Assembly (NCBI RefSeq): GCF_058153355.1
Contig: NZ_CM177019.1
Length of the DNA: 64,000 nt
Direction: 5' to 3' (one strand)
Shown here: positions 20,701-31,197 of the stretch, in pieces
Position numbering within the stretch: position 1 is the stretch's first letter
Layout: the number at the start of each line of letters is the position of its first letter
Notes under the pieces: model-generated
Databases searched by the model: none
Told to the model about the DNA's origin: nothing
What the model saw: the letters and a program-made list of their open reading frames with translations, nothing else
Program-made: the position numbers and the translations under genes

Positions 20701-21421
20701 CATTAGCAACAACTTTTAACCACTCCTTAGAATGAAAATGAGTCCGCGGGCATTCAAGGCCTACCAACTCATTGGCGATTTCTGGTTTCTCCGGGAGGAT
20801 GAGTGCAATAAAAGGACGGCGAACTTGGGGTAGTCCTGGCAGTGCGGCAATGAGTTTGTCGGCGCAACGCTGCCAGCAGCTTTCCTCTGCCAGAGAGAGA
20901 GGCTTACGCAGTCGGAGATCGAATTCGTTATAGGTTTCTGAGCGATAACCATAACCATAGCCATAGTCCTCCTTCTGATACTGCAATGTTACTACCAGAG
21001 GATCGTTCTCATAACACCGCGCAATAAACTGGCGTGCAATCACCACCTCAGTCGCATATTCCAGCCCCTCTTGTTGGACGATTTCGTCGAGCAACTGTTG
21101 GCTGTCATTTTGCGCGATACAGGCTAGCGCCGCCATTGTCCGGGCCGGAATTGAGGGTTTGTGCTCGCCGATCAAGTTGATGGCTTGCGTAATGGCCGAC
21201 TGCCACTCCAGTGAAAAATTTTCATAACGCCAGACAATGTTTTTTTTCTTCTCAGCAATGTGTAGCAATTTATCACCCAGTGTCTGGATGAGGCTTTCAG
21301 TGATAACAGGCACCGGTTCGCCCGGCCAATTGCGATGGCTGAGTGGTGTTTTGCCTTTTTTATATTTCAGTTCCAGTTGGGCGTTATCCGCCAGCCACGG
21401 TAATTCCTTGTCCATGCTCAT
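17765..21421 (-). CDS. yehI: Large DUF4132 protein YehI (no WGR domain)
   Basis: 1218 aa; C-terminal ~500 aa homologous to the two upstream paralogs. Confidence 0.85.
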   Translation of the reverse strand: MSMDKELPWLADNAQLELKYKKGKTPLSHRNWPGEPVPVITESLIQTLGDKLLHIAEKKKNIVWRYENFSLEWQSAITQAINLIGEHKPSIPARTMAALACIAQNDSQQLLDEIVQQEGLEYATEVVIARQFIARCYENDPLVVTLQYQKEDYGYGYGYRSETYNEFDLRLRKPLSLAEESCWQRCADKLIAALPGLPQVRRPFIALILPEKPEIANELVGLECPRTHFHSKEWLKVVANDPRAVRKLERYWSQDIFSDREASYMSHENHFGYAACAALLREQGIAAVPRLAMYAHKEDCGSLLVQINHPQVIRILLLVADKNKPSLQRVAKYSKNFPHATLAALAELLALKAPPTRPGYPIIEDKKLPAQQKARDEYWRTLLQTLMASQPQLAEEVIPSLSTQARAVVNSYLSASPKPVIDSTDNSSLPEILVSPPWRGRKKASITHFSLPELTLVPQAYRSPNKHWTPEQQTAIDHFSAMSFDERLANRGADTFLRELGFEDHRWKFNEFILKGQLDALDTDQLETHTSVGRLLNYQAKQNENKHYREEAASALLAQDSVALMEGWRTFQRKFNYTDEKRWGVWNLYLIAQMPREMAVSCWQQIVAADFHYTGVEYLLSVLGTDALPGLITAFARHPKEIFPLLIHFGATELALPVARVWHRFAGQRNLARQWILQWPEHTATALIPLIFARSGDNSEAALSALRLLYEQGHGELLQTVANRWQHTDVWPALEQLLKQGPMDIYPARIPKAPDFWHPTMWSRPRIITNNQHVTDDALEIIGEMLRFTQGGRFYCGLEQLKTFCQPQTLAAFAWDLFTAWQQAGAPAKDNWAFLALSLFGDESTARDLTTQILAWPQEGKSARAVSGLNILTLMNNDMALIQLHHISQRAKSRPLRDNAAEFLQVVAENRGLSQEELADRLVPTLGLDDPQALIFDFGPRQFTVRFDENLNPVIFDQQNVRQKSVPRLRADDDQLKAPEALARLKGLKKDATQVSKNLLPRLETALRTTRRWSLADFHSLFVNHPFTRLVTQRLIWAVYPANEPRRLLNAFRVAAEGEFCNAQDEPIDLPADALIGIAHPLEMTAEMRSEFAQVFADYEIMPPFRQLMRRTVLLTPDESASNSLTRWEGKSATVGQLMGMRYKGWESGFEDACVYDLGEYRLVLKFSPGFNHYSADSKALMSFRSLRVYRDNKSVTFAELDTFDLSEALSAPDVIFH

Positions 21422-21424
21422 TCC

Positions 21425-24400
21425 TTATTCAAACAGGGCTTCGATGTCGTTAATTAACTCGCTAGCGGTGATGTCATCGAGTGCGGAGAACTGCGCTTCC
21501 TGTGTTGAATTAATCCCCCAGCCATAGCTTTCTGCTTTGCCTTCCCATAGCCACAGCTTGCTTAAGAGTTGCTCGGCACTGAGTTCGGCTGGCGACATAC
21601 CAACTGCAAATCCTTCATCGATTTCCATGATTAATGACCAGCGGCCCAGAGGTTTGATCATCCAGCCGATCCAGCCACCGTCCTGCGGTTCACCACGCAT
21701 CCAGCCTTTATTCGCCAGCCCCATTACCCGACCGCTCGGGCATTTTCTGCCTGCCCAGCGGGTCAATTCGCTGGCATTGCGCTCGGTTTCTGTCAGGGCG
21801 TAACTGTTACGGTCGAGCTGGCGGAACGGCGGTAGCAGTTCGTAGTCGGCAAAAAGCTGACCAAAGGCGGCAGCATCCGTGGGTGATATTTCCAGAACGT
21901 GAGGAATGCCAACAGAGATATCGCCTTCCGGCAGGGTGAAAAGATCATCGTCAGCGGTGCTGTAGCTGTTATCTTCCGCCACACGGAAGCACGCCAGTAA
22001 CTGGTTGTCTGCGCTATAAATGCCCCAAATCAGACGGCGGGTTAAGTGGCAGACCAGCGGATGCTCAACCAGAAAGAGCTGAAAGTTTTCTGGCGACCAG
22101 CGGCGGCGCAGGCACATGGCGGATTCCAGCCTTGCCACCTGCTGGGCGGCAACGGTACGCGCATCTTTTTTCAGCAGTTTGTAGCGGTTAACTGCATCGT
22201 TCGCTTGAGTTTCATCATCGCTTTTGTTCGGTTTAGGCAAGTCTTTCAGGCGGCTGCCGGAAGCATCACGCACAAACGGTTTTAAGGTTTCATCAAAGCT
22301 GACGGTGAACTGCCGTGGCCCGAAATCCAGCAGCAGCGAACCGTTATCATCCAGACCGAGATCCGGTGCTAACCGGTCTTCAAGCTCCGCCACCGTGAGT
22401 TCGCGGCTCTCGGCAATGTCGGCAATTTTTTCTTTTGCCCGCTCCTGTAATGCTTTGAATTTCAGTTTCTGGGCGATGCCGTTAAGCTGCATCAGGGCGA
22501 TATCACTACCGATAGCAGCGAGAATATCCAGCCCGACGGTGGCGCGTTTATGCTGGGATTCACCAGGCCAGGCGCGAATCAAAGGCGTCAGTTTGCGGGC
22601 GGTATCATCGTTGCCGAGAACACCTAACGCAGTGAACGCCCAGCTTTCTTTCGACGGTGCGCCAGCGGTCTGCCAGGCGGTAAACAGATCCCAGGCAAAT
22701 TCAGCCAGTGAGTCGGCGGTACAGGCATCTTTCACCTGCAATAACCCCGCATACAGAGCCTCTTCCTGAGGGAAGCGGAGCATTTCACCGAGGTGGAGGA
22801 GGGCGTTATCTGGCAGTGATTGGGCGTTTGCTTTTAATACCGGGCGTGTCCAGAGCGATGGCTGATAAAAGGCCGGAAGTGTCGGGATTTTAGTCGGGTG
22901 ATTATCTAAGGGATCGAGCGCAAGTAGAGCGTTCACCGCATCGGTTACTTCCGGCTGGTTATAACGCTGGGCGATTTCTTGCAGTAATGACGGATAACCA
23001 CTTTCAATCAACATACGTAAGGCGGCGCGGGCGTTATCCTGGGCTTCACCAGCTTTGCCGAGTGCCGCAGGCAACAGGCCGATAATGGCATGTTCCGGAT
23101 ATTTCAGCAGCCAGGTGCGGGCGTCTTGTCGTAGAGTTTTGAGTTTGTTAAAGGCGCGGGCGACGGCAGGAGCCAGTTCCGTTGCGGCAAAATAATTAGC
23201 AACCGCAAAACCTTCTTGAGGGTAGCGTGAAAACGAGTGTAGAAAACCACTCATACCTGCCAGTCGCAAATAAAGCATGACAGGTTTTACCGCGGTATGC
23301 GGCTCTTTGCTGAGAAACTCCCATAGTTTAATCGCTGTTTGCATAGGTAAAAAGGGAAGTGAGTTGAGATGCCACTCCCCCTGATACGGTGCATGGTGGG
23401 CTTTAAACATTTGGATGAGTGTAGCGAAGTCCTCACGTTCCCATGCGTCAATTGCCGAGTCAGAAGCGCCGATATATTTATATGTGTCAAAATCCCAGCG
23501 GCGATACCCCAGCGAGTAAAGGAAATCTTTAGCACCTTCACCTGGCTTATGCGATTCCCAGTCCCAATGAGTTTGAAACTCTTTTGCTTCTGTGTCGGTT
23601 ATTGTGCATATGGATTTGAGTTTGAGCGGTGCTAAATCCAACACCGGAATCGTCGATTTTTTCTTTTTCGAAAGCCAGGGAGGTAAGACTAATACGGCTG
23701 GCAGTAGAGCGGCGCAGGCATGGTTTGACGGTTGTATCAGTTGTTGCTGGCATGATTTCAGCACTTCAACTGCGGCTGTCGAGAGCCAGGGAGTGACCTG
23801 TTCTGCCAGTGCCGGTTGCGAGATAAGCATCGTCATTAGCATAATGCGCCAAGTATTCTCTTCTTTTTGCGCAAGAAGTTCCGCCAGTGCCGCCAGTGCT
23901 GCGTGTGGGAACGCAGCGCAAGCTTTCGTCATCCGATCGTGACAGCGTTTAGTTTGCCCGGCTACACGTATGAGCAGTGTTAATGCGAACGGATGATTGA
24001 TATGACGCAATACATCTGCGCAGTAGTCACTTGCGGCATAGGGAGCAAATCTGGGCAGGGCTGCAACACCTTGCTCCTGTAATACGGTGGCTGACAATAT
24101 CGCACCACAATAGTAATCATCAAAAATGGCATATGGCTCGTGATATTTTTCTAATGAGGCAAGAATGTGCTCATCAGTCGCCACTATTTTTAGCCACTCA
24201 AGCGAGGGTAATTTTTTTTTCCCCAGTAGACGCTGGGCAATTTCATGTGCAATTTCTGGTTTTTCGGGTAATAACAAAGCAATTAATGGTTGCCGCCATT
24301 CTGGAATATGTGGAATTGCGGCAATAAGTTTTTGTGCACATTTTTGCCAGAGAGACTCTTCCGCCAGTGATAAATGTTTCCGTAGGCGTAATTCAAAACT

Positions 24401-25213
24401 GGAATATTGCTGCAGGTTATCAGGTGCAATACCAGACGGCAGAATAATAATGGTATTATTCGCATAATCCCATTCAATATCAATCTGTTGAAGATGTATT
24501 ACTACATCAGTAGCATATTCCAGGCCACCTTCCTGAACGAGCTGATCCATAACATCCTCACGCTCTTTATATCTCGTGCACTTCAGTTCAAGTGCCGTGA
24601 GTACAGCCATTACTGGTGATGGTAACTGTGTTGTTTTCAGGCAGTCGATCTGACTGAGCGCCTGGGAGATGGCGTTTTGCCATTCTAAAGAACAGGCGCT
24701 GAAGTCAAATGTGGCTGTTTTATTATCCCGTTGCAACACGCTACAGGCTAAGCGGCGTAACTGGGTCAATTCGTCTGCTTGCTGAACAGGAACTCCGGGA
24801 AAGCGGCGATGGCTTAACGTGGTGTGTACAACTTCGGGCGGAAAAACGACAGCAATATCTTTCGCCAGCCACGGTAAAACATCATCTGTATTTTTGTCAG
24901 CCACACGGGCTTCTGCTACGCAAAAGGGTTGTTCCTGAATAATGGTGGATAAGGCCGCTACCTTGAGAGAATCCGTTACCGTTTGGGAAGGTTGCAAAGA
25001 ATTATCCTTCGCTTGCCCCACATACCCCTTCTTCACCTTCTCCGCAATCAGCCTCAGTTCCGCTTTTTCCGCCGCCGCAGCATCAGCAAAGCTTTTTACC
25101 TGGCTTTGCCCGTTGGTACTGACTTTGCCCCAACTAATATGCAGCTCGTTTCCCTGTTGCTCCACTGCCCAGAATTTATGTGATTTTTCGTCCTGATAAA
25201 TATAGGTTTTCAT
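21425..25213 (-). CDS. WGR domain + DUF4132 protein, MolR-family paralog (middle copy)
   Basis: 1262 aa; N-terminal WGR signature KFWAVEQQGNELHISWGKVSTNGQ; stop 3 bp from the yehI start. Confidence 0.8.
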   Translation of the reverse strand: MKTYIYQDEKSHKFWAVEQQGNELHISWGKVSTNGQSQVKSFADAAAAEKAELRLIAEKVKKGYVGQAKDNSLQPSQTVTDSLKVAALSTIIQEQPFCVAEARVADKNTDDVLPWLAKDIAVVFPPEVVHTTLSHRRFPGVPVQQADELTQLRRLACSVLQRDNKTATFDFSACSLEWQNAISQALSQIDCLKTTQLPSPVMAVLTALELKCTRYKEREDVMDQLVQEGGLEYATDVVIHLQQIDIEWDYANNTIIILPSGIAPDNLQQYSSFELRLRKHLSLAEESLWQKCAQKLIAAIPHIPEWRQPLIALLLPEKPEIAHEIAQRLLGKKKLPSLEWLKIVATDEHILASLEKYHEPYAIFDDYYCGAILSATVLQEQGVAALPRFAPYAASDYCADVLRHINHPFALTLLIRVAGQTKRCHDRMTKACAAFPHAALAALAELLAQKEENTWRIMLMTMLISQPALAEQVTPWLSTAAVEVLKSCQQQLIQPSNHACAALLPAVLVLPPWLSKKKKSTIPVLDLAPLKLKSICTITDTEAKEFQTHWDWESHKPGEGAKDFLYSLGYRRWDFDTYKYIGASDSAIDAWEREDFATLIQMFKAHHAPYQGEWHLNSLPFLPMQTAIKLWEFLSKEPHTAVKPVMLYLRLAGMSGFLHSFSRYPQEGFAVANYFAATELAPAVARAFNKLKTLRQDARTWLLKYPEHAIIGLLPAALGKAGEAQDNARAALRMLIESGYPSLLQEIAQRYNQPEVTDAVNALLALDPLDNHPTKIPTLPAFYQPSLWTRPVLKANAQSLPDNALLHLGEMLRFPQEEALYAGLLQVKDACTADSLAEFAWDLFTAWQTAGAPSKESWAFTALGVLGNDDTARKLTPLIRAWPGESQHKRATVGLDILAAIGSDIALMQLNGIAQKLKFKALQERAKEKIADIAESRELTVAELEDRLAPDLGLDDNGSLLLDFGPRQFTVSFDETLKPFVRDASGSRLKDLPKPNKSDDETQANDAVNRYKLLKKDARTVAAQQVARLESAMCLRRRWSPENFQLFLVEHPLVCHLTRRLIWGIYSADNQLLACFRVAEDNSYSTADDDLFTLPEGDISVGIPHVLEISPTDAAAFGQLFADYELLPPFRQLDRNSYALTETERNASELTRWAGRKCPSGRVMGLANKGWMRGEPQDGGWIGWMIKPLGRWSLIMEIDEGFAVGMSPAELSAEQLLSKLWLWEGKAESYGWGINSTQEAQFSALDDITASELINDIEALFE

Positions 25214-25225
25214 TGCTAATTCCTT

Positions 25226-28200
25226 TTAATTAAACAGTGATTCAATGTCGTTAATCAGCTCGCTGGCGGTGATGTCGTCGAGTACGGAGAAAGTGGGTGA
25301 GGATTGCTTACCATAGCGATCATAAGGGGCGATGATTTTTACGCTTTCGACAGGCAGCAGGTCGCTATACCCCGTTTCGCCATAAATTAATGAAAAAGGT
25401 TCTGTTTCAAGTTCGAGAGCGCCATAAGGGGTAGATTTGCGCATCGCATAGACGCTGCCGCTTTCTTCCAGACGTTGCCAGCCTCTGCGTTCCAGCCCGA
25501 CAATGCGTCCGGCCTGGCAGAGACGTCCGTTCCAGCGTGACAATTCATGGACATTACGTTCGTTATCAGCAAGGTGGTAACTACCACGTTCGAGCTGTTG
25601 GAAGGGGGGAAGCAGTTCGTAATCAGCGTAAATTTGCCTGAATGCAGCGACAGATTCAGGGGGGATTTCCAGCATATGCGGAATACCGATGTTTCCTGCT
25701 GGTAGCGTGAATAGCTCATCCTGCATATCGCTGTAAGTGCTGTCTTCTGCGACCCGGAAGCAGGCAATCAGCGTGTTTTCCTCAGTATATACTCCCCATA
25801 ACAGCCGTCGGGTTAAGTGACGTACCAGCGGATGCTCCACCAGAAACAGGCGGAACTGTTCTGCCGTCCAGCGTCTGCGCTGGCACATAGCCTGCTCCAG
25901 ACGATCAATCTGCTGACTGGCAATGGCGCGCACATCTTTCTTCAATTGTTTGAAGAGGTTAACGGCGTCAGTTGCCAGTGTTTTATCATCGCTCTGATTT
26001 GGTTTGGGTAAATCTTTCAGGACTTTGCCGTTTGCATCGCGCACTACAGGTTTTAAGGTTTCGTCAAAACCAACGGTGAATTGACGTGGGCCGAAATCCA
26101 GTATCAGCGAGCCACTGCTATCAAGCCCTAAATCTGGAGCCAGGCGGTCTTCCAGTTCAGCCATTGTCAGTCCGCGATTTTCGGCGACCATATTGATTTT
26201 GTCGCGGGCGTGTTCCTGCAATGCTTTGAATTTAATTTTTTGTGCAATGCCATTAAGCAGCATCAGCGCAATATCGCTACCGATACTGGCTAACACATCC
26301 AGCCCAGAAACCGCACGTTTATGCTGGGATTCACCCGGCCAGACCCGGATAAGCGGGGTTAGTTTACGCGCGGTGTCGTCATTGCCTAAAATCCCCAGCG
26401 AGGTAAATGCCCAGTTTTCTTTTGCGGGCGCGCCAGATTCCATCCATGCCGTGTAGAGATCCCAGCCAAAGTCAGCCAGTGATTCCCGGGTGAAGGTCTC
26501 TTTGATGATCGCCAGCCCAGCGTAGGAGGTAATGTCGCGTGGAAAGCTCAATATTGTGCCCAGGTGGCGCATAGCGTCATCGGGCAGAGGCAGGTTGTTA
26601 CTTTTAAGCCGTGGTCTGCGCCATAAGGTGAACTGATAAAAGCCGGGCAGTGGGGCGATTTTTGCAGGATATTCTTCCAGTGGATCGCTATCGAACAATG
26701 TTGCCAGCGCAGCTAAAACATCAGGTTGATTATATCCCCGGGCGATTTCCTCAATCGTTTCTCGCTGGTTTAAATTCACCAGCAGGCGAAGCGCCTGGCG
26801 GGCACAATCACGATCTTTTCCTTTTTTGCCCAGGGCCACAGGAAGTAGCCCGGCGGCGGCATGGTGTGGGAAGTTAGCCAGCCATTTTCGGGCATCTTCA
26901 TAAGACATTTTTTTCTGTAATCGCTGCGCCATCGGTAATGCTAATTCGCTGACGCCCAGGAAAAGGGTGAATATCCACAACTGTTGTGGCTTACGTTGCA
27001 GACATTTCATAAACGCAGGAATGGCCGCATCACCAAAAATCGCCAGAATTTCTCTCTCGCCGGAGAATTGCTCTTCATTAATTATTTGATTGAGAAAAGA
27101 AATAGCATGCTGAGTGGGTAGGAAGCAGAGCGCGTACAACTGCCAGTGTCTGCTTCCTTTATTATGGTATTGCGCAAACTCTGCTTTCAGCGCGGGGAAA
27201 TCGAAACGTAACAGGGCCTCAACTGCGCTTTGTGGCATTATTTTTTTTTCGTATTGTTCTTCTCCGGTTCTGCTCCATTCCTTAAACCCCAGTCGCCAAA
27301 GGATTTGCTGTTCTGGCGTTAAAGGGATGAAAGACGTTTCCCAGCTTTCCTTTTCAATTAGTGGCAGATCGGTAAATAAGGTTTGCTGTGATGCCTGATA
27401 TTTCGCGATTTCACTGAATCTGGATATGTCAGTGTGACTGATTAACTCTGTAATTCCAGGTGTGATGTCAGTGACGGAAGGGATGGGAAGTACCGGTAAA
27501 TCAAATACGGGTATTACATTCTTTTTCTTATTTATTGCCCACGGTGGAGCGACAAGCAGTTCTGGCAACATATTCGCAGTGGCATACTCACATTCTTTAG
27601 CTACTGACTGAGGACGACATTCAGATAAGATGCCTGCCGCTTTAGCATTAACCCAGGGAATGACGTCGCGTACTAACTCTGGCGTGACGGTAACCAGTTT
27701 GACAAGCGCGTTGCGCCACTGTGCATCTTCATGTATTGCCAGCAAAGTAGCATAAGCGGCAATAGCCGCAGCGGGATGTTTTTGGCAGGCTTTGCTTAAG
27801 TATTCCAGGTGCTTTTTCTTGCCATTTACACCGAGGATCAGAATTTGAATCGCATCCGGGTGATTCGTTTTCCATAGCCATTTGACAAGATCTTCAGTCT
27901 CGCTGATGCGCTCGAAGAGATAAGTGGGATTGTCAGAATGCTCTTCCGTAAACTCAGTAAGTATCCGGCTTACACCGCGCCCCCCATTATTTGCCAGCAA
28001 CATTGCCAGATAAGCGCGAAAATCACGATACAACGGTGGGAAGTCGTATTTTTCTGCTGTAGTCAGAGCTATATCATCGGTTACTACCACTCTTAACCAG
28101 GTTATCGCCGGAACGTTTTGGTCTGCATAGCGTAGAGCCATAGCATTGGCAATATCCGGGCGTTCAGGGAGCAGTAACGCGGCAAAAGGTTGCCGTGCTG

Positions 28201-29023
28201 GGGATAGCGTCGGAATAGCAGTAAGCACTTTATCCACACAGCGTTGCCACTCATCTTCTGAAGCGAGTGAAAGATGATGACATAGACGTTGATGCCAACT
28301 CGGTAGCGATTCTGCTTCGTGATTAGGTGGAATGATGGTGGTTACTGCGCCTTTTACTGGTTTATATTTGAGTTGAAGAGCGAGAAGGGCGATTTCAACG
28401 GCACTTTCCAGACCACAGCGAATGACTAAGTCATCGACCAGTTCATCTTGAGAGTAAGAGTTCCAAAAGCCCCAGAGCAATGCCGCATCAGATTGCGCAC
28501 TCCCTGTCTGTTTATTACCCAGAATTCGCATTTGTACCTCAGCAAAAGCCTGCTGCCAGTTTTCTGGATAAGAACGGTAATTGTTGTCGGGGTCATATGC
28601 CCTGGTGTTATTCGCGATGCGCTTCCATATTTGACCATCTTTGTGCAGATAATTGATATCTCTGGGGCGAGAGCGATGTGGAAAAGCAAATCGGTTAATA
28701 TCGTCGGTTAGCGGAATGACTGCATCATCAGCCAGCCATGGGCGTTTGTTTTTACTCTCGGGTGAAGTTTTAACGTCAGGAGTGACTTTGGTGACGGGGG
28801 ATATATGCACGTTTGCCGAAGCGTCTTCCACATAGCCTTTTTTCGTTTTCTCTGCGATAAGCTTCAGTTCCGCTTTTTCCGCTGCTGCAGCATCAGCAAA
28901 ATTTTTTACCTGGCTTTGCCCTTGGGTACCAACTTTTCCCCAACTGATATGCAAATCGTTACCTTGCTGCTCCACCGCCCAGAATTTATGCGATTTTTCG
29001 TCCTGAAAGATAAAGTGTCTCAT
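25226..29023 (-). CDS. molR: WGR domain + DUF4132 protein, MolR-family paralog (metG-proximal copy)
   Basis: 1265 aa; near-identical N-terminal WGR module; 12-bp gap to the middle paralog; sits where K-12 has molR. Confidence 0.75.
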   Translation of the reverse strand: MRHFIFQDEKSHKFWAVEQQGNDLHISWGKVGTQGQSQVKNFADAAAAEKAELKLIAEKTKKGYVEDASANVHISPVTKVTPDVKTSPESKNKRPWLADDAVIPLTDDINRFAFPHRSRPRDINYLHKDGQIWKRIANNTRAYDPDNNYRSYPENWQQAFAEVQMRILGNKQTGSAQSDAALLWGFWNSYSQDELVDDLVIRCGLESAVEIALLALQLKYKPVKGAVTTIIPPNHEAESLPSWHQRLCHHLSLASEDEWQRCVDKVLTAIPTLSPARQPFAALLLPERPDIANAMALRYADQNVPAITWLRVVVTDDIALTTAEKYDFPPLYRDFRAYLAMLLANNGGRGVSRILTEFTEEHSDNPTYLFERISETEDLVKWLWKTNHPDAIQILILGVNGKKKHLEYLSKACQKHPAAAIAAYATLLAIHEDAQWRNALVKLVTVTPELVRDVIPWVNAKAAGILSECRPQSVAKECEYATANMLPELLVAPPWAINKKKNVIPVFDLPVLPIPSVTDITPGITELISHTDISRFSEIAKYQASQQTLFTDLPLIEKESWETSFIPLTPEQQILWRLGFKEWSRTGEEQYEKKIMPQSAVEALLRFDFPALKAEFAQYHNKGSRHWQLYALCFLPTQHAISFLNQIINEEQFSGEREILAIFGDAAIPAFMKCLQRKPQQLWIFTLFLGVSELALPMAQRLQKKMSYEDARKWLANFPHHAAAGLLPVALGKKGKDRDCARQALRLLVNLNQRETIEEIARGYNQPDVLAALATLFDSDPLEEYPAKIAPLPGFYQFTLWRRPRLKSNNLPLPDDAMRHLGTILSFPRDITSYAGLAIIKETFTRESLADFGWDLYTAWMESGAPAKENWAFTSLGILGNDDTARKLTPLIRVWPGESQHKRAVSGLDVLASIGSDIALMLLNGIAQKIKFKALQEHARDKINMVAENRGLTMAELEDRLAPDLGLDSSGSLILDFGPRQFTVGFDETLKPVVRDANGKVLKDLPKPNQSDDKTLATDAVNLFKQLKKDVRAIASQQIDRLEQAMCQRRRWTAEQFRLFLVEHPLVRHLTRRLLWGVYTEENTLIACFRVAEDSTYSDMQDELFTLPAGNIGIPHMLEIPPESVAAFRQIYADYELLPPFQQLERGSYHLADNERNVHELSRWNGRLCQAGRIVGLERRGWQRLEESGSVYAMRKSTPYGALELETEPFSLIYGETGYSDLLPVESVKIIAPYDRYGKQSSPTFSVLDDITASELINDIESLFN

Positions 29024-29122
29024 TCTGCATCCCTGTAATTTTATCCAGTTGAATGCAGATGCTACCAGTATTTATGCGGGTTAGAGAGAGACAAAATCGC
29101 AAGAAAACAACTTTAGGAATTT

Positions 29123-29156
29123 ATAAAGAAAAGGCGCTGTCGATACAGCGCCTTGA
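29123..29156 (-). terminator. metG intrinsic terminator
   Basis: Minus-strand hairpin aaggcgctgt-atcg-acagcgcctt followed by a T-rich run. Confidence 0.6.
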
Positions 29157-29163
29157 AAGGAGA

Positions 29164-31197
29164 TTATTTCACCTGATGACCCGGTTTAGCACCGGCATCC
29201 GGGCTTAGCAGGAAAATATCTTTCCCGCCAGGACCGGCAGCCATCACCATGCCTTCAGAGATACCGAAGCGCATTTTACGTGGTGCCAGGTTAGCCACCA
29301 TAATGGTGTGACGACCAATCAGTGCCTGCGGATCCGGGTAGGCAGAACGAATGCCGGAGAAGACATTGCGTTTTTCACCGCCGAGATCCAGCGTCAGGCG
29401 CAGCAGTTTGTCAGAACCTTCAACAAACTCTGCGTTTTCGATCAACGCCACGCGCAGGTCAACTTTGGCGAAGTCGTCAAAGGTGATGGTTTCCTGAATC
29501 GGATCATCTGCCAGCGGGCCAGTAACTGGTGCGGCAGTGGCTTTCACTTCTTCTTTAGATGCTTCCACCAGTGCTTCAACCTGCTTCATGTCAATACGGT
29601 TATACAGTGCTTTGAACGGATTCACTTTATGGCCCAGCAGCGGTTGCTGGATACCATCCCAGGTCAGTTCCGTATTCAGGAATGCTTCCGCTCGTTCAGT
29701 CAGTTTCGGCAGTACCGGTTTCAGGTAGGTCATCAGCACGCGGAACAGGTTAATGCCCATCGAGCAAATCGCCTGCAGATCGGCATCGCGACCTTCCTGC
29801 TTCGCCACCACCCACGGAGCCTGTTCATCGACATAGCGGTTAGCCAGATCAGCCAGCGCCATAATTTCGCGCACTGCTTTACCAAATTCGCGGCTTTCCC
29901 ATGCTTCACCAATCACTTCAGCGGCATCCGTGAAGGTTTTGTACAACTGCGGGTCAGCCAGTTCGCTTGCCAACACGCCGTCAAAACGCTTGTTGATAAA
30001 GCCCGCGTTACGGGATGCCAGGTTTACAACCTTATTAACGATATCGGCATTCACGCGCTGGACGAAATCCTCGAGATTGAGATCGATATCATCAATGCGC
30101 GAAGAGAGTTTCGCAGTGTAGTAGTAACGCAGGCTGTCAGCGTCAAAATGATTCAGCCAGGTGCTGGCTTTAATAAAGGTGCCGCGAGACTTGGACATCT
30201 TCGCGCCGTTCACCGTTACATAGCCGTGAACAAACAGGTTGGTCGGCTTGCGGAAGTTGCTACCTTCCAACATGGCAGGCCAGAACAGGCTGTGGAAGTA
30301 AACAATATCTTTACCGATGAAGTGGTACAGCTCGGCGGTGGAGTCTTTCTTCCAGTATTCATCGAAGCTTACGCTGTCGCCGCGCTTGTCACACAGATTC
30401 TTGAAAGAACCCATGTAGCCAATCGGTGCGTCCAGCCAGACGTAGAAATATTTGCCCGGCGCGTTCGGAATTTCAAAACCGAAGTACGGTGCATCGCGGG
30501 AGATATCCCATTGTTGCAGGCCAGATTCAAACCACTCCTGCATTTTGTTTGCCACCTGCTCCTGCAACGCACCGCTGCGGGTCCATGCCTGCAGCATTTC
30601 GCTGAAAGAGGGCAGATCAAAGAAGAAGTGTTCAGAATCACGCATTACCGGGGTAGCGCCAGAAACCACCGATTTCGGCTCGATCAATTCAGTCGGGCTA
30701 TATGTTGCGCCGCAGACTTCACAGTTATCGCCGTATTGATCCGGTGATTTACATTTCGGGCAGGTGCCTTTCACAAAACGGTCCGGCAGGAACATGCCTT
30801 TTTCCGGATCGTACAGTTGAGAGATGGTGCGGTTTTTAATAAAACCGTTTTCCTTCAGGCGAGTATAGATAAGTTCTGACAACTGGCGGTTCTCTTCGCT
30901 GTGCGTCGAGTGATAGTTGTCATAGCTGATGTTAAAGCCTGCAAAATCAGTCTGATGTTCCTGACTCATTTCGCCAATCATCTGCTCCGGAGTGATACCA
31001 AGCTGCTGAGCTTTCAGCATGATCGGTGTACCGTGGGCATCGTCGGCGCAGATGAAGTTGACCTCGTGGCCGCGCATTCGCTGGTAACGGACCCAGACAT
31101 CAGCCTGGATGTGCTCCAGCATATGGCCGAGGTGGATTGAGCCGTTAGCGTACGGCAGTGCGCACGTCACCAGAATTTTCTTCGCGACTTGAGTCAT
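29164..31197 (-). CDS. metG: Methionyl-tRNA synthetase
   Basis: 677 aa from [25 protein letters not shown]; HIGH-type and KMSKS motifs present. Confidence 0.95.
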   Translation of the reverse strand: MTQVAKKILVTCALPYANGSIHLGHMLEHIQADVWVRYQRMRGHEVNFICADDAHGTPIMLKAQQLGITPEQMIGEMSQEHQTDFAGFNISYDNYHSTHSEENRQLSELIYTRLKENGFIKNRTISQLYDPEKGMFLPDRFVKGTCPKCKSPDQYGDNCEVCGATYSPTELIEPKSVVSGATPVMRDSEHFFFDLPSFSEMLQAWTRSGALQEQVANKMQEWFESGLQQWDISRDAPYFGFEIPNAPGKYFYVWLDAPIGYMGSFKNLCDKRGDSVSFDEYWKKDSTAELYHFIGKDIVYFHSLFWPAMLEGSNFRKPTNLFVHGYVTVNGAKMSKSRGTFIKASTWLNHFDADSLRYYYTAKLSSRIDDIDLNLEDFVQRVNADIVNKVVNLASRNAGFINKRFDGVLASELADPQLYKTFTDAAEVIGEAWESREFGKAVREIMALADLANRYVDEQAPWVVAKQEGRDADLQAICSMGINLFRVLMTYLKPVLPKLTERAEAFLNTELTWDGIQQPLLGHKVNPFKALYNRIDMKQVEALVEASKEEVKATAAPVTGPLADDPIQETITFDDFAKVDLRVALIENAEFVEGSDKLLRLTLDLGGEKRNVFSGIRSAYPDPQALIGRHTIMVANLAPRKMRFGISEGMVMAAGPGGKDIFLLSPDAGAKPGHQVK

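Noticed and set aside
29308-30747. 479-aa plus-strand ORF inside metG
   Set aside because: Antisense to metG, which has clear class I synthetase motifs; long open frame is a codon-bias artefact.
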